62,749 nucleotides of DNA. Origin: Bacteroidota bacterium. GTDB lineage: Bacteria; Bacteroidota; Bacteroidia; Bacteroidales; PUMT01. Under the pieces are notes generated by a model. It made no database searches, was not told where the DNA came from, and saw only the letters and a program-made list of their open reading frames with translations. Of the stretch, positions 42,569-50,702 are shown in pieces. The position numbers and the translations under genes were made by a program. Every line of letters begins with the position of its first letter. Within the stretch, counting starts at the first letter, position 1. The DNA lies in assembly GCA_003551495.1 (NCBI GenBank), contig PUMT01000010.1, positions 1-62,749 of the forward strand, read 5' to 3'.

Positions 42569-43072
42569 TCAGGTGAAAATTATCTGTGAATCCTCCCCTC
42601 CTGCTTTTTCGTAGAACTCTCCTACTGTAAGGATTCCGGATACATGCTCACTGAGATCTTCCTTTTTCATTTTGAACATGTCAAAAGCAAGCTTGCAGGC
42701 ATATACTTCACCTCCGCCAGCGGTTATCATATCAAGGAATTCATCCACGGGCGGGACATCCAGTTTGTCCATCTCCTTTTTCATCATTTTGGAAACCATT
42801 GCCTGTACGCCGGGTATCAGTCCAAGCAGCTTCGGCATCCTGCTGCCGTTCGGCATCCTGAGTGCCGGATTACCCACCGTAGCGGTATGAAGCTTGTTCA
42901 TCCTCTTTTTGATTATTGCGTCCATCCCGAAAAAGGTGAAGAAGAGCTTTGCCTCAATACCTTCCATTACCGCACCGTTTGCAAGCACAAGAGCTGCATA
43001 GACATCTTCCAGGTTGCCCTTGGCACAGATTATCGAAACTTTTTTTATACTGCCGTTACTTTTTTTGTCCAT
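42569..43072 (-). CDS. DsrE/DsrF/DrsH-like family protein
   Basis: LFFTFFGMD, VYACKLAFDMF, terminal IIFT. Confidence 0.85.
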   Translation of the reverse strand: MDKKSNGSIKKVSIICAKGNLEDVYAALVLANGAVMEGIEAKLFFTFFGMDAIIKKRMNKLHTATVGNPALRMPNGSRMPKLLGLIPGVQAMVSKMMKKEMDKLDVPPVDEFLDMITAGGGEVYACKLAFDMFKMKKEDLSEHVSGILTVGEFYEKAGGEDSQIIFT

Positions 43073-43090
43073 ATCGCTATTTTTTCAGAT

Positions 43091-43402
43091 TTATACACAT
43101 GATGTTGGCTTGGGTATGCCGGCTATCCTTGAGCTCTTTTTAAGCGGTCCGCCGGGAAAGAGCCTGTATAACTCTTTTATGTCTGCAATACCCGATTTGC
43201 CGACCTTCCTGATGGTAAGTTCGGTTCCTTCCTCAAATTTTTTCCTGAGGAATTCCAGCACCTGAAAGTGCTTGTCTGTTAACTCAATGCCTTCTTCGCG
43301 TGCAATTTCTTTGGCTATTTCACTGTTCCATTGAGTGTGGTCTTCAAGGTAACCTTCATCGGTTAGATTTACACTATGTCCGGCTATAGTTTTTTGTGCC
43401 AT
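43091..43402 (-). CDS. tusE: TusE/DsrC-family sulfur relay protein (single C-terminal Cys)
   Basis: DEGYL....W..EIA..IA..EGI.LT..H, LFPGGP, AGIPKPTSCV; start reassigned to 43402. Confidence 0.85.
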   Translation of the reverse strand: MAQKTIAGHSVNLTDEGYLEDHTQWNSEIAKEIAREEGIELTDKHFQVLEFLRKKFEEGTELTIRKVGKSGIADIKELYRLFPGGPLKKSSRIAGIPKPTSCV

Positions 43403-43430
43403 GATATTGGTTTTTAATTGTTTATAATAG

Positions 43431-44132
43431 TTATTCATTGTTTTGAACCGGTAATTCCTCTGCCTGTTCATCGTTCATGTTTTTAACAAAGGCCATCATA
43501 AGTCCGGCTGCTTTGCGCATATCTTTGGAATTCATTGCTTTCAGGGTTTTCCATGGACTGTATTCCGCAACTTCTGAAGTAGTGATCTTCTTCATCACCA
43601 AAGCCATTTTGTTCATCGATTTTATCAGTTCAGGATCGGTAAGGTTTCGCAAAAGATCGGCAACGCTTCCGGCGTTATCTGACAGCCTGCGTAAATCTTC
43701 TGCTGTAAACCGGGTCACAATCCTGTCTGCTATAACTCCCGATTCCCGTATAAAATCGAAATATCCTTTATTTTCAAATTCATGCATCTTCCTGATTGCA
43801 TCTATTCCCATCTCGTTCACTACCGGGGCAGCATCTTTAATCATATCGTTCATACTCTCAAAGAAAGATATAGCATGGTTGAAATTTTTTATGTTTTTAA
43901 TGAACTTAAATATCAGCTGCCTGATATCATCAAGATCCAGCTCGATACCCTGGTCATCGAGTTCCTTCACTGTTGAGTCCCACGCATCCCTTGCAACAAT
44001 TGAAAGGTCAGCCATGAGGTCATCTGCCATCTCCCTTTTCAGGCGTTGCTGGTTTACATGCTCAAGTACCAGGTCAAGCTTTGTATTCAGCTCATTGATC
44101 TGTTTTTGTATATCAGTATTATTTTCTGCCAT
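43431..44132 (-). CDS. DUF1641-like helical protein
   Basis: Coiled-coil-like sequence ending W...KAMNS.DMR...G.M..F.K; directly downstream of sqr. Confidence 0.65.
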   Translation of the reverse strand: MAENNTDIQKQINELNTKLDLVLEHVNQQRLKREMADDLMADLSIVARDAWDSTVKELDDQGIELDLDDIRQLIFKFIKNIKNFNHAISFFESMNDMIKDAAPVVNEMGIDAIRKMHEFENKGYFDFIRESGVIADRIVTRFTAEDLRRLSDNAGSVADLLRNLTDPELIKSMNKMALVMKKITTSEVAEYSPWKTLKAMNSKDMRKAAGLMMAFVKNMNDEQAEELPVQNNE

Positions 44133-44144
44133 GAGTGAAATATT

Positions 44145-45374
44145 TTATAATTTTTTCCCGGCCATCGTCATTTGCGATTCAATGGGCAACTCCTTGTCTT
44201 TTAATATTATATGCCAGTAAAGCCAGCGAAAAAGCACCTTTCCGTAATGATTCATTTTTGTATTTTGCAGCAGTCCGAAAGGACCTATTCCGGGTAAAGG
44301 AAAAGTTCCGGGCAACGGCTCCGTATCGTAATTGAAATCAATTATTGACCCTTTGCCAAAGCCGGTTTCTATATAACAGTTGGAATGTCCGTCAAATTTG
44401 GCCTTCATAGGCCTTCCCTCCATCAGGCTCATCAGGTTATCGAAAACTACATCAGAGGCGAAGTGTACAACCGAACCTGCCTTGGAGGTTGGTATATCTG
44501 AAGCATCCCCGAGTACGAAAATATTTTCGTAATTCTTTGAGCGCAATGTGTACTTGTCGGTCGGAATAAAGTTAAGGTCATCTCCCATCCCGCTTTTTTC
44601 CACAAGTGCACTCCCTTTGTTGGTGGGGATAATTGTTAATACGTCAAAGGGGACTTCCCTTTCGTCATAGGAACGGATCACCCTCTTTTCATTGTCAACA
44701 CTTTCCAGTGAAAATTCAGGGATTACATTAATATTCTTTTCCACAAGCAGTTCACCAAGCATTTTGGATGCCTTGGGTTTTGTGAAGGCACCTGAAAGAG
44801 GTGTAACATAGCTGATATTTACCTTGTCGCGTATTCCAGCCTCAGTGAAGTACGAATCGGCAAGAAATGTGAACTCCAGCGGTGCAACAGGACACTTGAT
44901 GGGATATTCCGCTACATTTACAACCATGTTGCCTCCCTCCCAGTCACGGAAAAACTCCCTTAATGCTGTTGCCCCTTCAATGGTATAAAAGTCGAATATC
45001 CTCTTGCCCCATAGTTCTCCATTCATTCCGGGAGTTTCGTCAATATCGATATTCGTTCCTGTTGCTATTATAAGGTAATCGTAATTGAGAACCTGACCGC
45101 CCTCAAGCAATACCCTGTTTTCGGAAGGTTCTATCTTTTCAATTGATTTGAATACAAGCTTAACACCTGGCGGAATAAAATCTGCCTTGGGTTTTATAAC
45201 GTCATCCCTGTTGTATATTCCAAACGGGATGAACAGCAGTCCTGGCTGATAATAATGTGTTTTGTCCCTGTCAACTATGGTTATTTCTGCCTCGCCTTTA
45301 TCAAGTGCTTTACGCAGCTTGTTCGCCATAATGGTGCCGCCGGTTCCTGCTCCTAAAATCACTATTTTTTTCAT
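44145..45374 (-). CDS. sqr: Sulfide:quinone oxidoreductase (type III-like FAD-dependent oxidoreductase)
   Basis: GAGTGG, HYYQPGLLF, IKCPVAPLEF, GDASDIPTSKAGSV.H, FDGHSNCYIETG; start reassigned to MKKIV at 45374. Confidence 0.85.
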   Translation of the reverse strand: MKKIVILGAGTGGTIMANKLRKALDKGEAEITIVDRDKTHYYQPGLLFIPFGIYNRDDVIKPKADFIPPGVKLVFKSIEKIEPSENRVLLEGGQVLNYDYLIIATGTNIDIDETPGMNGELWGKRIFDFYTIEGATALREFFRDWEGGNMVVNVAEYPIKCPVAPLEFTFLADSYFTEAGIRDKVNISYVTPLSGAFTKPKASKMLGELLVEKNINVIPEFSLESVDNEKRVIRSYDEREVPFDVLTIIPTNKGSALVEKSGMGDDLNFIPTDKYTLRSKNYENIFVLGDASDIPTSKAGSVVHFASDVVFDNLMSLMEGRPMKAKFDGHSNCYIETGFGKGSIIDFNYDTEPLPGTFPLPGIGPFGLLQNTKMNHYGKVLFRWLYWHIILKDKELPIESQMTMAGKKL

Positions 45375-45471
45375 ACCTGTTTTTGTTAAATATTTTATAG
45401 TTTTAAATTCGTTTAGGAATTTTACATATGCAATTATACAACTATCATGACATTTTGATGTTTTATTTGCA

Positions 45472-45501
45472 CTGACATATATCATTAATGATAAATATCA
45501 T
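45472..45501. promoter_or_regulatory. Two tandem Crp/Fnr-type palindromic boxes
   Basis: CTGAC-ATAT-ATCAT (45472-45485) and ATGAT-AAAT-ATCAT (45488-45501), similar to Fnr TTGAT-N4-ATCAA, between divergent sqr and crp/fnr genes. Confidence 0.65.
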
Positions 45502-45517
45502 AAGTACGATAGCTTAA

Positions 45518-46213
45518 ATGGATAACAATAAAGGAAATCAGACCGGACAGGAATGTATTGAACACAAGGGGTTACTGGAAAAATTGACTGATGAGCAGTT
45601 CAACCGGATTTTACAAAACCATAACACCTTTCTTTTTGAAAAGGGTGAAATAATATGTAATGAAGGGAATGAAATAATCAATTTTCTTTTTCTTCGGAAA
45701 GGACTTGTAAAACTTTTAAAAACCGGGAAAAACAATAAGGAACATATTATCAATGTTGCTAAACCCGATGACTTTATCGGACTTCTGAACTTTTTTTCCA
45801 AAAAGGAATACCTGTATACAGTTACTGCCATTGAAGATTCAGTTGTTTGCGGAATTGATTTCCGGTTAATGAAACAACTACTTGAAGAGAATAGCGGATT
45901 TGCAATGGATATTATTGAAAAGATAAGCCTTGCTGCAAATGATGCTGTTAATGCAAGACTGAAGATCAATTCCAGGCAGCTCCGGGGAAGGATAGCCTAC
46001 ATTATACTTTTCTTTGCCGAGCATATCTACGGAAAAGACCATTTTGAACTGCCAATAAGCAGAAAAGAGATAGCACAGTTAATTGATATGAGCACCGAGA
46101 ATGTGATCCGCATTCTCTCTGAGTTCAGGAAAGATAAGATAATTAGTATTGAAGGCAAATACATAACCTTACACGACCATAACAGACTCAGAAAGATCTG
46201 TGAGATGGGTTAA
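45518..46213 (+). CDS. Crp/Fnr family transcriptional regulator
   Basis: cNMP-like domain (KGE.I..EG, GLVK, DFIG) and HTH ISRKEIAQLIDMSTENVIRILSEF. Confidence 0.92.
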   Translation: MDNNKGNQTGQECIEHKGLLEKLTDEQFNRILQNHNTFLFEKGEIICNEGNEIINFLFLRKGLVKLLKTGKNNKEHIINVAKPDDFIGLLNFFSKKEYLYTVTAIEDSVVCGIDFRLMKQLLEENSGFAMDIIEKISLAANDAVNARLKINSRQLRGRIAYIILFFAEHIYGKDHFELPISRKEIAQLIDMSTENVIRILSEFRKDKIISIEGKYITLHDHNRLRKICEMG

Positions 46214-46255
46214 CTTTTTAATAGGTTTTCCAGAAAATCAGGATTGATACTTTTT

Positions 46256-46385
46256 CACCGGCTGGCTGAAAACTGCACCGGCAGGCTGAAATCTGCATTG
46301 GCTGGCTGAAATCTGCACCGGCAGGCTGAAATCTGCACCGGCTGACTGAAATCTGCACCGGCTGGCTGAAATCTGCACCGGCTGG
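46256..46385. repeat. 20-bp tandem repeat, 6.5 copies
   Basis: Consensus GCTGGCTGAAATCTGCACCG, contiguous, no spacers. Confidence 0.95.
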
Positions 46386-46549
46386 TTTTAATTGCTGAAT
46401 TACCTGATAGAAAACTTCCGGATTATTAACTCTTTACGCAACAACCCTCATTATTCTTAATGTTTTGAAATAAATTATAAATAAACTTTACACAAAAAAT
46501 TCATAAATTGGCGGGTCGAAAATAATTTTTCAATCTAAAACCATAAACC

Positions 46550-49117
46550 ATGAAAAAATTCATTTTTATCCCTTTACTTTTCTTCATATTCCTGCGTGTT
46601 GGCGCACAGGTAGACCTTACATACTATCTGCCTGATATACAATATGACCAATCAATTCCCACACCTGAATCATTCCTGGGTTACCAGATCGGCGAATGGC
46701 ACATCCATCATCCCCTTTCCGTTCAGTATATGCAACTTATAGCTGAATCGTCCGATAGGGCTATGATCTATGAGTACGGCCGTTCGCATCAGCAAAGACC
46801 TCTTGTTCACCTTGTAATCTCATCCGAGGAGAATATAAGAAATATAGAATCTATCAGGGAAAATCATCTGGCTCTCACTGATCCCGAAAGATCAGCGGAT
46901 ATGGATATAAGCAATATGCCTTCAGTAGTGATGCTTGGATATGGCGTTCACGGAAACGAACCCAGCGCCCACAATGCCGCCCCCCTTGTTGCATATTACT
47001 ATTCTGCCGGCATGAGCATGGAGGTGAATGAAACACTTGACAATGTTGTGATTATTATTGACCCTTCACTCAACCCGGATGGACAGGACAGGTTTGCAAG
47101 CTGGGTTAACAGGCACAGAAGCCATACACTTAATCCCGATGTGAACGACAGGGAATTCAGCGATGTATGGCCTGGTTCAAGAACCAACCACTACTGGTTT
47201 GACCTGAACCGCGACTGGCTGCCTGCGCAGCACCCCGAAAGCTACGGCAGGGTAAACGCATACCACAACTGGATGCCCAACATCAACGGCGACTTTCACG
47301 AGTTCGGCTCAAACAATACATTCTTCTTCCAGCCGGGAGTACCGGAAAGGGTAAACCCCAGAATTCCCCGGAGAACAGATGAGCTGACAATGGAAGTGGC
47401 AATGTACCATGCTGCCGGATTCGACAGGATAGGCCAGCACTACTACACACAGCAGGGTTTTGACGATTTCTATTTCGGGAAAGGCTCAACCTACCCGGAT
47501 GTGCACGGCTGTATAGGAATTCTTTTTGAGCAGGCTTCTTCAAGGGGACACCTTCGTGAAACCGTTCACGGACTGCTGAGTTTTGCCAAAACAATAAAAA
47601 ATCAGGTTGTTGTATCCCTTTCTTCTGTTGAGGCTGGTTTTGAGATGAGGGAAACACTGCTTGAGCACCTTCGCTGGTTCTATACCTCCGCAATTGAAGA
47701 GGCAAACCAGGAAGACTTTGAAGCTTATATATTCGGCGACCAGTACGATATGGGCAAAAACTACCACCTTCTTGACATACTTAAAACACACCGCATCAAT
47801 TTTTACGAAATAAACGAAAGTGTGGAGATAGGAGGGCAAACCTACTCACCGGGCAAATCATGGGTGGTTCCTCTTAAGCAGCGCCAGTACAGGCTTATTC
47901 AGTCAATGTTCGAAAAAGTACTGGAGTTTGAGGACAGCCTTTTCTACGACGTTTCCACATGGACAAAGCCCCTGGCATTCAACCTGCCATATGACAAAAT
48001 AACTACATCCAGACAACTTTCCTCCATTCAGGGAAATCTTGTTGAGGAGGTTGCTTTCCCAACGGGAAGGGTTGTTGGAGGCAAAACCGAAAATGCCTAC
48101 CTTTTCGAATGGGATGAATACTATGCGCCAAAAGCTTTGTATTACCTGCAAAACAAAGGCCTGAGAACAAAAGTTGCAACCGCTCCATTCAGCATCTATA
48201 ATGCAGAAAAAGAGCTTGTAGACTTAAACTTCGGAACCATTTCAATTCCGGTACAGATACAGGATGTTGATTCTGATAAAATATATGAGTATGTACGTGA
48301 AGCGGCATCCAAAACAGGAGTTACCTTTCATGCAACTGAAACAAGTCTGGCAAAGGAAGGCATACACCTGGGAAGTCCAAGCTTTTCATCACTTGATAAA
48401 CCTGAGATAATGATCCTGATAGGACCCGGAACGAACAGCAGGGAGGCCGGTGAAGCATGGCACCTGCTCGACCAGCGCTACAGGATACCTTCAACAAAGA
48501 TGGAAATTGACAGGTTCAACAATGCCGATATTAGCAGGTATAACGTCATTATAATGACATCAGGGGGATACGGAGGAATAACCGAATCGGGCAGGGAGAA
48601 TCTCGACCGCTGGTTGCGCGGAGGAGGAACTATTGTGGCATTCGGTACAGCCAACAGGTGGCTTGAAAGAAACGGTTTCGTCAATATGGATTTTGTTTCA
48701 GGTCCTGATATTGAAGAACCGGTAATGCTTCCATACAACATCCGGTCTGAACACCGCGGTGCAAGAAGGATATCGGGCACAATATTTGAAGCAAAACTGG
48801 ATACTACACACCCGATTGGCTACGGGTACAGAAATGAAAAACTTCCGGTTTATGTATCGGGTACTTTTGCAGTAAAACCGGAAGAAGGCAACCCGTTCTC
48901 GAACCCGCTTATATTTACCGATGATGCTCTGATGAGCGGATACGTTTGGAAACCTTATGAAGAGATTGTAAATAATTCAGCCGGAATTCTTGTAAATTCA
49001 AGGGGCAGGGGTAATATTATTACAATTGCCCACAACCCCAACTTCCGTGCTTTCTGGTTCGGCAACAGCAAGCTTTTTGCCAATGCCATTTTCTTCGGTG
49101 CACGAATGGGCAGATAA
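46550..49117 (+). CDS. M14 family zinc carboxypeptidase
   Basis: HGNE, NPDG, DLNRDW, DFHE motifs; signal peptide. Confidence 0.92.
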   Translation: MKKFIFIPLLFFIFLRVGAQVDLTYYLPDIQYDQSIPTPESFLGYQIGEWHIHHPLSVQYMQLIAESSDRAMIYEYGRSHQQRPLVHLVISSEENIRNIESIRENHLALTDPERSADMDISNMPSVVMLGYGVHGNEPSAHNAAPLVAYYYSAGMSMEVNETLDNVVIIIDPSLNPDGQDRFASWVNRHRSHTLNPDVNDREFSDVWPGSRTNHYWFDLNRDWLPAQHPESYGRVNAYHNWMPNINGDFHEFGSNNTFFFQPGVPERVNPRIPRRTDELTMEVAMYHAAGFDRIGQHYYTQQGFDDFYFGKGSTYPDVHGCIGILFEQASSRGHLRETVHGLLSFAKTIKNQVVVSLSSVEAGFEMRETLLEHLRWFYTSAIEEANQEDFEAYIFGDQYDMGKNYHLLDILKTHRINFYEINESVEIGGQTYSPGKSWVVPLKQRQYRLIQSMFEKVLEFEDSLFYDVSTWTKPLAFNLPYDKITTSRQLSSIQGNLVEEVAFPTGRVVGGKTENAYLFEWDEYYAPKALYYLQNKGLRTKVATAPFSIYNAEKELVDLNFGTISIPVQIQDVDSDKIYEYVREAASKTGVTFHATETSLAKEGIHLGSPSFSSLDKPEIMILIGPGTNSREAGEAWHLLDQRYRIPSTKMEIDRFNNADISRYNVIIMTSGGYGGITESGRENLDRWLRGGGTIVAFGTANRWLERNGFVNMDFVSGPDIEEPVMLPYNIRSEHRGARRISGTIFEAKLDTTHPIGYGYRNEKLPVYVSGTFAVKPEEGNPFSNPLIFTDDALMSGYVWKPYEEIVNNSAGILVNSRGRGNIITIAHNPNFRAFWFGNSKLFANAIFFGARMGR

Positions 49118-49139
49118 GAATATGTTTAACTCCTATGAT

Positions 49140-49167
49140 AAAGCGGCTTTCGGGCCGCTTTTTTTTT
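49140..49167 (+). terminator. Rho-independent terminator
   Basis: AAGCGGC-TTTCGG-GCCGCTT followed by a T-run. Confidence 0.9.
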
Positions 49168-49256
49168 GATTAAAATTTCCTCTACATTTACATACTGGTT
49201 ACACCTATACATTATTGATCCGGAAGATGCTGAAAACATAAAACAGCTGTAATATT

Positions 49257-49937
49257 ATGATATATAAGGTTAAAGCAACTGCAGCAATTCTTTTTTTCTT
49301 ATCGGCAACTATAAGCTGGTCGCAAGTCCATACCACCGCTTACGGAACACTAACCGATATTGACGGGAATGAATATGAAACAGTCCTTATTGGCAACCAG
49401 GTCTGGATGGCCGAAAACCTCAGGGTTACACATTACAGTAATGGCGACCCTGTTCCCAATGTAAGGAATAATAATGAATGGGCATCCCTTGAAACAGGCG
49501 CCTACTCGATATACATGAATTTCAGGCTTTTTGCACGGATATATGGTGCTCTTTACAATTGGTACGCAGTTGAGGATGAAAGAGGACTGTGCCCCGCAGG
49601 CTGGCGGGTACCTGATCACAACGACTGGTGGGAGCTGATCCTTGCACTTGACGGCAAGGATGTTGCCGGAGGCAAACTGAAGTCAACCAGCAGGAGATGG
49701 AGAAGGCCCAATGAAGGTGCAACAAATGAAACCGGCTTCAATGCACTCCCCGGGGGTTACCGCTATGGCAACGGGAGGTTCCATTATCTTGGAAGCTATG
49801 GCGACTGGTGGACATCCTCGGCCTTTGACAACTCATATGCCTGGTTCAAAACCATTGCCTATGATGGTAGCGACATTGAGGAAGGCACTTTTCACATGAG
49901 AAACGGCCTTTCAGTAAGATGCATAAAAGACCAGTAA
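49257..49937 (+). CDS. FISUMP (Fibrobacter succinogenes major paralogous) domain protein
   Basis: DIDGN.Y.TV.IG.QVWMAENL, YG.LYNWYAV, CPAGW.VP, GF.ALPGG.R, GLSVRCIKD. Confidence 0.93.
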   Translation: MIYKVKATAAILFFLSATISWSQVHTTAYGTLTDIDGNEYETVLIGNQVWMAENLRVTHYSNGDPVPNVRNNNEWASLETGAYSIYMNFRLFARIYGALYNWYAVEDERGLCPAGWRVPDHNDWWELILALDGKDVAGGKLKSTSRRWRRPNEGATNETGFNALPGGYRYGNGRFHYLGSYGDWWTSSAFDNSYAWFKTIAYDGSDIEEGTFHMRNGLSVRCIKDQ

Positions 49938-49998
49938 TATTTCATCAGACACCAGCCCTTAAACACAAAACTGTACAGCTTTTTCCGTTATGGGAAGT

Positions 49999-50493
49999 TT
50001 AACCGTAAAGCTTCACATACTCATAACTGTTTCCTGCCCACTCCAGAAACTTAATAAAATCAGAATATGATATTATAAGTGAGGCAGTATTCAGGTTTGG
50101 GTGAAAACTGATCTTTTCAGAATTCCTGAGGTTTTCATCAATAAAAATATGTACATGATTTTCAGAGTCATGGATCAATCCAAACGGCGAAACAGATCCC
50201 GGTTCGAGCCCAAGATACTTTCTCATCCGGCGCGGAGATGCAAATGACAACTTTCCCTGTTTTAATCTCTGTTCAAGATCCTTTATTTCAAGAGAAGCGG
50301 AATGTTCGAGTATCACAAGGTAATGGCGGCTGCCCTTGTGATTCCTGAAAAAAAGGTTTTTGCAGTGAGCCGATTCAAGGTCTTTCCAGTAACGTGAAGC
50401 CTCTTCAACAGTGGCTACCGGAGGATGCTCGTGGTAATCATATTCAATATTGAGTTCGGCAAGTATTTTATAAAGTTTTGGATCTCCTCTCAT
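49999..50493 (-). CDS. YbaK/ProX (PrdX-like) aminoacyl-tRNA deacylase
   Basis: HPPV.TVEEA, CKNLF, LSFAS, PGSVSPFGL, FHPN.NTAS; start reassigned to 50493. Confidence 0.9.
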   Translation of the reverse strand: MRGDPKLYKILAELNIEYDYHEHPPVATVEEASRYWKDLESAHCKNLFFRNHKGSRHYLVILEHSASLEIKDLEQRLKQGKLSFASPRRMRKYLGLEPGSVSPFGLIHDSENHVHIFIDENLRNSEKISFHPNLNTASLIISYSDFIKFLEWAGNSYEYVKLYG

Positions 50494-50702
50494 ATCTGTT
50501 TTTTTCAATATTTTTGAGCTGCCAAAATAAAAAATATGTTTCAAAGAACCTCTATCGCCTATTTGATAAAAACTGCGATTTTTAAAAATAATGTCAATAA
50601 CTTTGTTTTAATGTAATATATTTGTTTTAGCAATATAATTTTTTGATGAATAGTTTTTTTATGGAAATATTCCCAAATTATAAACCAAAAATTATTATTA
50701 AA

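Noticed and set aside
43091..43402. Evidence for dissimilatory sulfate reduction (dsrC)
   Set aside because: Only the terminal Cys is present and no dsrAB or dsrMKJOP lie in the window.
43477..44220. 247-aa plus-strand ORF
   Set aside because: Antisense shadow of the DUF1641-like gene, which fits the operon.
46256..46385. CRISPR array
   Set aside because: Repeats are contiguous with no unique spacers, and no cas genes are present.
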